Positions 22,865 through 31,686 of a DNA stretch of 32,000 bases are shown here, one piece after another. The translations under genes were made by a program, and so were the position numbers. Position 1 is the first letter of the stretch, and the number at the start of each line of letters is the position of its first letter. The notes under the pieces were generated by a model, which saw nothing but the letters and a program-made list of their open reading frames with translations, was not told the DNA's origin and did not search any database. Source of the DNA: Candidatus Saccharimonadota bacterium (GTDB lineage: Bacteria; Pseudomonadota; Gammaproteobacteria; Enterobacterales; Enterobacteriaceae); assembly GCF_012562765.1 (NCBI RefSeq), contig NZ_CP046226.1, forward strand, positions 1 to 32,000, given 5' to 3'.

Positions 22865-23680
22865 ATGAAAAAATTAAATTTTAGTTTTATAATATCAATA
22901 ATATTTATTATATTACTTATTTTTATATCAATATCTTATCCATTAATTTTACCTTTTGATCCTATTAATTATTTTGATTTTAATCATTTAAATGAAGGTC
23001 CTAGTAAATTACATTTATTTGGTTTAGATTCTTTAGGAAGAGATATTTTTAGTAGAATACTATATGGTACTCATATTACCCTTATGATTAGTATAATTTC
23101 TATAATAATAGGAGCTAGTATTGGATCTTTTTTAGGATTATTTATTGGATATTATGAAAATTATTTAGATATTTTAGTTATTAAAATATGCGATATATTA
23201 CTTGCATTACCTAGTATATTATTAGCTGTATTAATATCAATTTTTATTAAAAATGGAATTTTGAATATAATTTTTTCTATATCTATTTTAAATATTCCAA
23301 TTTTTATTAGATTTGTAAGAAGTCATACTTTAACGATAAAAAATCAAGATTTTATCTTAGCATCTCGTTGTATTGGTTTATCTAATATTAAAATAATTTT
23401 TTATCATATTTTTCCTTGTGTTATTAATTCAATTATAATATATTCAACTATGAGAATAGGAACTGCTATTATTACTGCTTCAAGTTTATCATTTTTAGGT
23501 TTTGGTGTACAATCACCAACCCCTGAATGGGGATTAATGATAAATGAATCTAGATCTGATTTATTAATATCACCACATTTAATTATTTTTCCTAGCTTAG
23601 CTATATTTATAACTGTTTTATCATTTAATATTTTAAGTAATAATATAAAATATTACATAAAATTTAATAAAAAATATTAA
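22865..23680 (+). CDS. gsiD: ABC importer permease GsiD-like
   Basis: Multi-TM permease with H.FG.D.LGRD.FSR.LYG, LA.PS.LLA, A.R..G.S...I...HI.P and SFLG.GVQ.PTPEWG.M. It is shorter than E. coli GsiD at the N-terminus. Confidence 0.8.
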   Translation: MKKLNFSFIISIIFIILLIFISISYPLILPFDPINYFDFNHLNEGPSKLHLFGLDSLGRDIFSRILYGTHITLMISIISIIIGASIGSFLGLFIGYYENYLDILVIKICDILLALPSILLAVLISIFIKNGILNIIFSISILNIPIFIRFVRSHTLTIKNQDFILASRCIGLSNIKIIFYHIFPCVINSIIIYSTMRIGTAIITASSLSFLGFGVQSPTPEWGLMINESRSDLLISPHLIIFPSLAIFITVLSFNILSNNIKYYIKFNKKY

Positions 23681-23692
23681 TTAAAATAAAAA

Positions 23693-25336
23693 TTAATTTT
23701 TTGATAATTCAATTATTCTTTTAAGATTATTAATATCAATTCTTTTAAATAATATTTTAAATGTATTAATTTTTTTTCCTAAAAGTGGTTTATTTAAATT
23801 ATAAAAACATATTTTTTTATTTAAAAAAATTTCACTATTCTGGGATAATATAGGCATAATTGGTTTTATATAAGTTATAATTACACGAAACATGTTAATA
23901 CCCATAGAACAAATATTTTGTATATTTAAATCTTTATAATTTTTTTTAGATAATAACCAAGGTTTTTCACTATCAATATAACGATTAGCAATATCTGTTA
24001 ATTTTAAAATCTCTTGTACGACATGACTAAATTGTAAATTTTGAAAATAATTATTAATATTTTTTGATTGTTCAAGAAAATTATGATATAATTTAATATC
24101 AATGTTTTTTGATAGTGTGTTATTAAAATAATTATTTATAAAAAATGATGTACGAGATGCTAAATTAACTATTTTATTAACAATACTATTATTAATTTTT
24201 GTAACAAAATCATTTAAATTTAAATCAATATCATCTGTATTTAAAGATAATTTTGAAGCATAATAAAAACGTAGACTATCAGAATCTGCATATTTTAACC
24301 AATTTTTTGCAGTAATAAATGTACCTCTTGATTTTGACATTTTCTTTCCATTTAATGTTACATGTCCATGAACAAATAATTTATTAGGTTTTCTAAAATT
24401 ACTTCCTTCTAAAATAGCTGGCCAAAACAAACTATGAAAATAAATTATATCTTTTCCTATAAAATGATATAGTTCTGTTATGGAATTAACATTCCACCAT
24501 TCTTTAAAATTTAATTTTTTATTTTTATTACATAAATTTTTAAAAGTACTAATATATCCAATAGGAGCATCTAACCAAACATAAAAATACTTATTAATTG
24601 ATCCTGGTATTTTAAATCCAAAATATGGTTTATCTCTAGTTATATCCCATAATTTTAATCCTGATGTAAACCATTCTTTTACTTTATGTTCTACTGATTT
24701 TTGTAAAACTCCTGAACTAATCCATTTTTTAATTATATTAGTAAATTGAGGTAAATCAAAAAAATAATGTTTAGTTGCACGTAATTTTGGAATGGTATTA
24801 GATAAAATAGAAATTGGATTAATTAAATCAATAGAGTTATAAGTTGATCCACAAATTTCACAATTATCTCCGTATTGATTTAAAGAATTACATTTTGGAC
24901 ATGTTCCTTTTACAAATCTATCTGGTAAAAACATATGATGTTGATCATCATATAATTGATTAATAATTTTTTTTTTTATAAATTTATTTTTTTTCAAACG
25001 TAAATAAATAGATCTAGATATTAAACGATTTTCATTACTATGTGTAGTATAATAATTATCATAACTAATATTAAAATTATTAAAATCTGAGACATGTTGT
25101 TTATATATTTGAGTAATCATTTTTTCTGGTGAAATATTTAATTCTTTTGATTTTAACATAATAGGAGTTCCATGAGAATCATCTGCACAAATAAAATATA
25201 TTTCATTATTATTCATTCTATTATATCTTACCCAAATATCTGCTTGAATATGTTCTAACATATGTCCTAGATGTATAGGACCATTAGCGTATGGTAATGC
25301 ACATGTAACTAATATTTTTTTTTTAAATTTTATCAT
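23693..25336 (-). CDS. metG: Methionyl-tRNA synthetase (catalytic and anticodon-binding core only, 547 aa)
   Basis: ILVTCALPYANGPIHLGHMLEHIQADIWVRY (HIGH), Zn knuckles CPKC...CE.CG, YVWLDAPIGY and GKKMSKSRGTF (KMSKS). It ends before the C-terminal tRNA-binding/dimerisation domain found in the 677-aa E. coli enzyme. Confidence 0.95.
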   Translation of the reverse strand: MIKFKKKILVTCALPYANGPIHLGHMLEHIQADIWVRYNRMNNNEIYFICADDSHGTPIMLKSKELNISPEKMITQIYKQHVSDFNNFNISYDNYYTTHSNENRLISRSIYLRLKKNKFIKKKIINQLYDDQHHMFLPDRFVKGTCPKCNSLNQYGDNCEICGSTYNSIDLINPISILSNTIPKLRATKHYFFDLPQFTNIIKKWISSGVLQKSVEHKVKEWFTSGLKLWDITRDKPYFGFKIPGSINKYFYVWLDAPIGYISTFKNLCNKNKKLNFKEWWNVNSITELYHFIGKDIIYFHSLFWPAILEGSNFRKPNKLFVHGHVTLNGKKMSKSRGTFITAKNWLKYADSDSLRFYYASKLSLNTDDIDLNLNDFVTKINNSIVNKIVNLASRTSFFINNYFNNTLSKNIDIKLYHNFLEQSKNINNYFQNLQFSHVVQEILKLTDIANRYIDSEKPWLLSKKNYKDLNIQNICSMGINMFRVIITYIKPIMPILSQNSEIFLNKKICFYNLNKPLLGKKINTFKILFKRIDINNLKRIIELSKN

Positions 25337-25445
25337 AAATTTATAAATAATATAGAAAAAGTAACTTTATGTTTTTACTAAAATAATATCATTTATTGTT
25401 AATAAAAAATAGTAATTAACAAATTTTATTTATTTTAAAAATGAA

Positions 25446-25976
25446 TTAATGAGATAAGTTATTATATAATTTTATAATAAAATTACTTCCAATCGGTTTT
25501 AATAAATATAAAGATATTATTAATAATATATAACAAAATATTTCTTCTTGAAAAAAATTATTTTTTATAATTGGAAATTTAAATTTTTTTTTATATGGCC
25601 ATAATAATGGTACTCCACTAGGAGTTAATATATCAGATAATATATGACTAAAATAACCTATAATAAATCCTATTTTTACATCAACAGGAATAAAATTAAA
25701 ATTTAAAAAAAATAAACAATATATAATAATAATTAAAGATAATAAGCTATGAGTAAAACCTCGATGACCAAATAATTTAGATATTATATATGAAAAAATT
25801 TTGATTTTATTTCCTAAAATAGATTTAGGATGATCAATATCTGGTAATAAACATGTTATTAATGATGCAGGAATTATATGCCACCAATCATATTGGATAT
25901 GATATTTATTTAAAATAAAATGTTTAATTAATATACTACTAGATATAGCAAATATTATATGTCCTTTAAATTTCAT
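25446..25976 (-). CDS. ydjM: Inner-membrane metal-dependent hydrolase family protein YdjM
   Basis: GH..F.I, DWWHI.P....TCLLPDIDHPKS.LG, FGHRGFTHSLL and GY.SHIL.D.LTP.GVPLLWP are collinear with remembered E. coli YdjM. The protein is multi-TM. Confidence 0.8.
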   Translation of the reverse strand: MKFKGHIIFAISSSILIKHFILNKYHIQYDWWHIIPASLITCLLPDIDHPKSILGNKIKIFSYIISKLFGHRGFTHSLLSLIIIIYCLFFLNFNFIPVDVKIGFIIGYFSHILSDILTPSGVPLLWPYKKKFKFPIIKNNFFQEEIFCYILLIISLYLLKPIGSNFIIKLYNNLSH

Positions 25977-26001
25977 TTAAATATCCTAAAATTAATTTTA
26001 A

Positions 26002-27948
26002 TTATTTTGCTAATTTAACAATAATATTATATGTATTAATATTTATTTCTTTAATAATAACTTTAATTATATCATTTAATTTAAAAAATAATTTATTTTT
26101 AATATAAATTAAACCCATTTTAGAATTAATATTAATTTCATTAATAATTGGATATAAAAATTTTTTTGGTATAAAAGCATATGCTCCATTTTTTATTAAA
26201 CGAACACGAATTCCAGTATATAATATATCAATTATTTCAGATATAAAAATTTCTTTTGTATAAATACTTTTTTTTAAATATTTATAATATAACCAAGAAG
26301 ATAAATCTCTTGAAGCTTGTTTATTTAAACATTTTTTTTTATTCATTAGAAAAAAAATTTTATCTGATGGTTTATTAATTTTTTCTTTTTTAATTATAGA
26401 CTTTAATAATCTATGATTGATCATATCTCCAAATTTACGAATAGGTGATGTCCAAGTAGCATAATATTTGACTCCTAAATAAAAATGTGGAGCTGGTTTT
26501 AAATGAAAAATTGTCATTAATTGATATTTTTTTAAACGATGTATTAATGATTTCAAATTTAAATTTTGTAATTTATCATTAATTTCTTTAAATCCTTTTA
26601 AATTCATCAGATAATTTTTATCACATTGAATATTATATTCTTTTAATAAAAATATTACTTGATTAATTTTTTTATAATTAAAACCATTATTTATATTATA
26701 AATACCAAAACCTAAATTATCTTTTAAAATTTTAGCTGCACATATATTAGCAGTTATCATTGCTTCTTCAATAATTTTATGTGCAATACGTTTTTCTTCT
26801 ATTATAATATTTAATATTTTTCCTTTTTTATTAAATATAAATTTATAATCTATATTATTAAATAATAAAACATTTTTATTTGTCCATTTAATACGATATT
26901 GATAAAATTTATATAATAATAATATTTGTTTTCTAACATTATTATCTATTGGTTTCCAACTTCCTATATTTTCTAGCCAGTTAGATACATTATAATAATT
27001 TAATTTAGCTTTTGACTTTATCCAAGCTAAAAAAAAATTTATATTTTTTGATAAAAAACCATATTCATTTATTTTTATTTTACATATTAATGCAGATCTT
27101 TTTTGATTAGGATTCAAAGAACATAAATTTTCTGATAAAAATTTAGGTAATAAAGGAACAGTAAATCCAGGTAAATAATTAGTAAACATACGTTTTAATG
27201 CAATTTTATCTAATTCACTATTTTCTAAAATATATGATGTAGGATCAGCTATAGCTATATTAATAATTAATTCTTTTGAAGATATCTCTTCTATATATAG
27301 AGCATCATCTATTTCTTTAGTATCATTATTATCTATTGTAATAAAATATAAATTTGTAAGATCTTTTCTATATAAATTTTCATCTAAGATTTGTATGTTT
27401 TTACATAAATTATCACTAGGTGGATTAATTGAAAGATTATACTTAAAAAGTATAGACCACCATGGAATCAAATACTTATTATTATTTGTAATATATTCTA
27501 TTATTTCTGCAATAAAAATATTTTTTTGTGTTTTTAGAGGATGATTAATTATATTTACAATTACTTTATCTTTATTTTTAATAATATGTTTAATATTTTC
27601 TTTAGGAAAACATAATATAGTCATATTATTTAAATATTTTTTTTCTGGAATAATAAATAATTTATTATTATTAATTTGTATATGTCCTATAAAAATATTT
27701 ACTGATGATTTTAATAATTTAATAGGAATAGCTATTAATTTATTATTAATATTTTTAATACTAGCAATAATATAATCTTCATGTATTACATATTTTATAT
27801 GTATATTAGATATTTCATATATATGATTAGATTCTGTTTCTAAAATACCTGATTTATTATCAAAAATTTTTACAATTCCTTTTACTAGAAAAGATTTATT
27901 AGAAAATTTTTCTTTTAATGATAATAATAATTTATTATTATATAACAT
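26002..27948 (-). CDS. rnb: Exoribonuclease II (RNase II)
   Basis: Collinear with E. coli Rnb: FITID...T.EIDDAL, IAIADPT, FTNYLPGF..P.LP..LS..LCSL, ESKAKL.Y..VS.WLEN.G.W.P, IEEAMI.ANICAA..L.D.LGFGIYN, PHF.LG...YATWTSPIRK.GDMINHRLLK, and a C-terminal S1-like region. Confidence 0.92.
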   Translation of the reverse strand: MLYNNKLLLSLKEKFSNKSFLVKGIVKIFDNKSGILETESNHIYEISNIHIKYVIHEDYIIASIKNINNKLIAIPIKLLKSSVNIFIGHIQINNNKLFIIPEKKYLNNMTILCFPKENIKHIIKNKDKVIVNIINHPLKTQKNIFIAEIIEYITNNNKYLIPWWSILFKYNLSINPPSDNLCKNIQILDENLYRKDLTNLYFITIDNNDTKEIDDALYIEEISSKELIINIAIADPTSYILENSELDKIALKRMFTNYLPGFTVPLLPKFLSENLCSLNPNQKRSALICKIKINEYGFLSKNINFFLAWIKSKAKLNYYNVSNWLENIGSWKPIDNNVRKQILLLYKFYQYRIKWTNKNVLLFNNIDYKFIFNKKGKILNIIIEEKRIAHKIIEEAMITANICAAKILKDNLGFGIYNINNGFNYKKINQVIFLLKEYNIQCDKNYLMNLKGFKEINDKLQNLNLKSLIHRLKKYQLMTIFHLKPAPHFYLGVKYYATWTSPIRKFGDMINHRLLKSIIKKEKINKPSDKIFFLMNKKKCLNKQASRDLSSWLYYKYLKKSIYTKEIFISEIIDILYTGIRVRLIKNGAYAFIPKKFLYPIINEININSKMGLIYIKNKLFFKLNDIIKVIIKEININTYNIIVKLAK

Positions 27949-28024
27949 AATGTAAAATCTTTTAATTATAGATTAATAAAATTATAATTTTATAATAAAT
28001 TTATTAAAAAATAAACTTTAATAA

Positions 28025-28549
28025 TTAAAATGGTATGTCATCTTCAAAATCAATAATGTTTTCATTTTTTTCTGATAATAATGATTGATTATTTTCTTTA
28101 TTTATCATATTATTATTTTTTTTTATATTCCAATTATTATTTTTTAATTTATCTTTATTAATTTGTTGTTTATTAATAATATTTTCATTTTGACGAGAAC
28201 TATTACCTAACATTTTCATAGTACCTCCTATACTGACTATAATTTCAGTAATATAATGATCTTGTCCATTTTGATCTTGCCATTTTCTTGTTTGCAAATA
28301 TCCTTCTATATATACTTGTGATCCTTTTCGTAAATATTCATTAGCAATTTCTGCTAATTTTCCAAAAATTACAATTCTATGCCATTCAGTTTTTTCTTTA
28401 TTTTCTTTAGTTTGTTTATCTCTCCAATGTTCTGAAGTAGCTATTATAATATTAACAACAGCTTTACCATTTGGCATATAACGAATTTCAGGATCTTTTC
28501 CTAAATTACCTATTAAAATTACTTTATTAATACCTCTTTTACTAGCCAT
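28025..28549 (-). CDS. ssb: Single-stranded DNA-binding protein
   Basis: [60 protein letters not shown] and the C-terminal acidic tip DFEDDIPF. Confidence 0.95.
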   Translation of the reverse strand: MASKRGINKVILIGNLGKDPEIRYMPNGKAVVNIIIATSEHWRDKQTKENKEKTEWHRIVIFGKLAEIANEYLRKGSQVYIEGYLQTRKWQDQNGQDHYITEIIVSIGGTMKMLGNSSRQNENIINKQQINKDKLKNNNWNIKKNNNMINKENNQSLLSEKNENIIDFEDDIPF

Positions 28550-28656
28550 GATATATATCCTTTATTTTAATAATAAATATAGTTGATAATAAATAATATT
28601 CAATATTAATAATAATATTTTATATACATAATTACTAATTAGTATAATTACTTTAA

Positions 28657-29526
28657 TTAATAATGTTCTATTGATAAACGCAATTTTTTCATAGCATTTT
28701 TTTCTAATTGACGAATTCTTTCAGCAGAAATACCATAATAATTAGCTAATTCTTGTAATGTAGTTTTATTTTCATTTTTATTTAACCATCTAGAATATAT
28801 TATATTTCTACTTCGTTGATCTAATTTTAAAATAGCATTTGATAATTTACGTGAAATATAATTTTTCCAATTTTTTTTTTCAATATCATAAGCAAAATTA
28901 GATTTTTTATCTTGAAGAAAATATATAGAATTAATACTTCTATTATTTTTAACATTATTTTTAATAGGAAAATCAAATGTCATATCTTGTGCTGACATTC
29001 TTGATTCCATTTCTTTTACATCTTTAGTTGATACTCCTAATTCTCTAGCTACCATATTAATTTCTTCTTGATTAAACCAACCTAATCTTTGTTTAGCTTT
29101 TCGTAAATTAAAAAATAATTTTCTTTGTGCTTTAGTAGTTGCTACTTTTACTATACGCCAATTTCGTAATACATACTCATGTATTTCTGCTTTTATCCAA
29201 TGAACAGCGAAAGAAACTAAACGAACACCTATTTCTGGATTAAACCTACGAACGGCTTTCATTAAACCTATATTACCTTCTTGTATAAGATCAGCTAATT
29301 GTAATCCATACCCAGAATAATTTTTTGCAACATGAACAACAAAACGTAAATGAGATAAAATTAATTTTTTTGCTGCTTCAATATCACCTTGATAAAATAA
29401 TTTTTTTGATAATTCTTTTTCTTCTATGTTAGTTAACATAGGCCATATATTAGTTATATATATATATGATTCTAAAGTTCCTAATGGAGTAATGGATGAT
29501 GTTAACATCATATCTTTAATCATCAT
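28657..29526 (-). CDS. rpoH: RNA polymerase heat-shock sigma factor sigma-32
   Basis: Near-identity to E. coli RpoH across regions 2-4, including the RpoH box ([93 protein letters not shown]). The start is ambiguous among Met 1, 2, 6 and 7. Confidence 0.96.
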   Translation of the reverse strand: MMIKDMMLTSSITPLGTLESYIYITNIWPMLTNIEEKELSKKLFYQGDIEAAKKLILSHLRFVVHVAKNYSGYGLQLADLIQEGNIGLMKAVRRFNPEIGVRLVSFAVHWIKAEIHEYVLRNWRIVKVATTKAQRKLFFNLRKAKQRLGWFNQEEINMVARELGVSTKDVKEMESRMSAQDMTFDFPIKNNVKNNRSINSIYFLQDKKSNFAYDIEKKNWKNYISRKLSNAILKLDQRSRNIIYSRWLNKNENKTTLQELANYYGISAERIRQLEKNAMKKLRLSIEHY

Positions 29527-29577
29527 ATCCTCTTAATATTTTTAATTATAATAAAAAATAAATTTTTTAGTAAAATA

Positions 29578-30546
29578 CTAATTTTTATAAAAAATAGCAT
29601 TAACAAAATCTTTAGCATTAAATAAATGTAAATTAGTAATTTTTTCTCCAGATCCAATATATCTTATTGGAATACCAAATTCATTAGCTAAAGAAAAAAT
29701 AACTCCTCCTTTAGCTGTTCCATCAATTTTAGTAATAGTAATACCTGTAACTCCTATATTATCATGAAATGCTTTCAATTGATTAATAGAATTTTGTCCA
29801 ATATTAGCATCTAATATCAACATAATTTCATCAGGAGATTCATTATTAATTTTTTTTATTACACGAACAATTTTTTTTAATTCTTCTATTAAATTTAAGT
29901 TATTATGTAATCTTCCTGCTGTATCTGCTATTAATATATCTATATTATTTTTTTTAGCTTCATATAAAGCATCAAAAATTACAGATGCACTATCTTTTTT
30001 TTTATAATTATTTATAATAAAACTATGACTTTTATTACTCCAAGAAGTTAATTGTTTGTCAGCTCCGGCTCTAAAAGTATCTCCAGATGCTAAAAGCACT
30101 GATTTACTATTATTATAAAAATAATAAGCCAATTTTCCTATAGTAGTTGTTTTACCAACACCATTAGCACCAATAATTAAAATTACAAAAGGTTTTTTAT
30201 TTTTAATAATTAATGGAATTTCTACAGGAATTAATATATTTAACATTTCTTGTTTTATATAATTATATAATAAATAAGAATTTTTTATTTGTTTTTTATT
30301 TGCATAGTTAGAAACTAAATCAATAATTTTTTTAGTTGTATTTAATCCTACATCAGCAGTAATTAAAGTATTTTTTAAAAAATTAAATAATTTTTCATCT
30401 ATAATATTTTTTTTATTAAAAACATTAATAATTTCTTTACTTAAATTTTGACTAGTTTTAAATAGACTATTTTTTAAAAAATTTAAAAATCCTTGTTTTT
30501 TTTTCTTTATTTTTATAGAAGTAACAGATATTTTATCTTTTATCAT
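29578..30546 (-). CDS. ftsY: Signal recognition particle receptor FtsY (NG domain with membrane-targeting helix; acidic A domain essentially absent)
   Basis: GFLNFLKNSLFKT..NLS matches the E. coli A/N-junction amphipathic helix. GTPase motifs are GANGVGKTTTIGKLA, DTFRA.A..QL, DTAGRL.N, TK.DGTAKGG, P....G.GE and L..F....F. Length is 322 aa versus about 497 aa in E. coli. Confidence 0.93.
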   Translation of the reverse strand: MIKDKISVTSIKIKKKKQGFLNFLKNSLFKTSQNLSKEIINVFNKKNIIDEKLFNFLKNTLITADVGLNTTKKIIDLVSNYANKKQIKNSYLLYNYIKQEMLNILIPVEIPLIIKNKKPFVILIIGANGVGKTTTIGKLAYYFYNNSKSVLLASGDTFRAGADKQLTSWSNKSHSFIINNYKKKDSASVIFDALYEAKKNNIDILIADTAGRLHNNLNLIEELKKIVRVIKKINNESPDEIMLILDANIGQNSINQLKAFHDNIGVTGITITKIDGTAKGGVIFSLANEFGIPIRYIGSGEKITNLHLFNAKDFVNAIFYKN

Positions 30547-30723
30547 ATTATTTTATTGTATATTTATTATAATAATTTTATATTTATAATTTTATATTTT
30601 TAATTTTATAAAAGATACTTAATATTATTAATTATTTAATATTTAAAATTTTATATTAATTAATAAATATTATTTTTATGTAAAATTTTATATAATTATG
30701 AAAAATAATTTAATATCATTAAT

Positions 30724-31284
30724 ATGAATAAAATAAATATTATTTCAGGTAAATGGAAAGGTAAAAAAATATATGTAATTAAAAATAAAAAATTAAGACC
30801 TACAATGAATTTTATCCGTGAAAATTTATTTAATTGGTTATCAGAAAAAATATATATGTTAAAATGTTTAGATTGTTATGCAGGAAGTGGTGCTCTTAGT
30901 TTTGAAGCTTTATCAAGAAATGCTTTATCTTCTACTTTAATTGAAAACAATTTTCAAATTTTTCAACAATTAAAAAAAAATTCTTTTTTATTACAAGCTA
31001 AAAATTTAATATTAATTTATAAAAATACTTTAAATTATTTATCTAATACTGGAAAAAAATATGATTTAGTTTTTATAGATCCTCCTTTTTCTAATAATAA
31101 TGTTTTAATTAAAAAAACGTGTATTTTATTAGAAAATAATAATTGGTTAAAAAAAAATGCATTAATTTATATTGAATATAAATCAGATAGTACAAAAATA
31201 ACATTACCAAAAAATTGGTTTTTATATCGTAAAAAAAAATTAAGTATTGTAAATTATGAATTATACGTAAGAAATAATATATAA
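30724..31284 (+). CDS. rsmD: 16S rRNA (guanine966-N2)-methyltransferase RsmD
   Basis: I.GKW.G.K......LRPT....RE.LFNWL, CLDC.AGSGAL..EALSR and F.DPPF. It is divergent from ftsY, as in E. coli (yhhF/ftsY). Confidence 0.85.
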   Translation: MNKINIISGKWKGKKIYVIKNKKLRPTMNFIRENLFNWLSEKIYMLKCLDCYAGSGALSFEALSRNALSSTLIENNFQIFQQLKKNSFLLQAKNLILIYKNTLNYLSNTGKKYDLVFIDPPFSNNNVLIKKTCILLENNNWLKKNALIYIEYKSDSTKITLPKNWFLYRKKKLSIVNYELYVRNNI

Positions 31285-31292
31285 AATATTTA

Positions 31293-31574
31293 TTATAATT
31301 TTTTTATTAAAAATAAATAAGGAATAGAATTCATTTTTTTTTTGATAATTTTATATTTCATAAATAAACAGAATTGTTTTATATCTAAATAAACTAAATT
31401 ATTATCAGTAATAATAAGTAAAGTTTCATTTAATATCATATTAACAGTACTTTTTTTTATCATTATTATTGTTTTAGGACATTGTAAACCTTTTATATTT
31501 AAAATATAAGTAGGTTTTTTATAAAATTTTTTAATTTCATCCATATTAATTACATTATTTTTTTTTAAATTCAT
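31293..31574 (-). CDS. tusA: Sulfur-carrier protein TusA (SirA family)
   Basis: GLQCP (CPxP-type active-site Cys), ETLLII.D and FC.FM....I.......PY.FLIKK are collinear with E. coli TusA. The true start is probably the internal Met at 31544, which gives the E. coli-like spacing to the Cys. Confidence 0.8.
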   Translation of the reverse strand: MNLKKNNVINMDEIKKFYKKPTYILNIKGLQCPKTIIMIKKSTVNMILNETLLIITDNNLVYLDIKQFCLFMKYKIIKKKMNSIPYLFLIKKL

Positions 31575-31686
31575 TATTTATATTAATAATATATTCTATA
31601 ATTAACATACAATATATAATAATTAATATTATATTAATAAATAATTATATTTTAATTTCAATATTATGTACTTATAAGGAAAATTT

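Noticed and set aside
25396-25422. Hairpin ttgttaat-N11-attaacaa between ydjM and metG as a terminator
   Set aside because: It has an 8-bp stem that is almost entirely A/T, a large loop and no convincing T run. Comparable palindromes are abundant by chance in this composition.
29527-29577. Independent rpoH promoter (TTTACT-N18-TATAAT on the minus strand) in the ftsY-rpoH spacer
   Set aside because: TATAAT-like hexamers occur everywhere in this DNA, and the -35 match is weak. It is mentioned in a finding but not reported as a feature.
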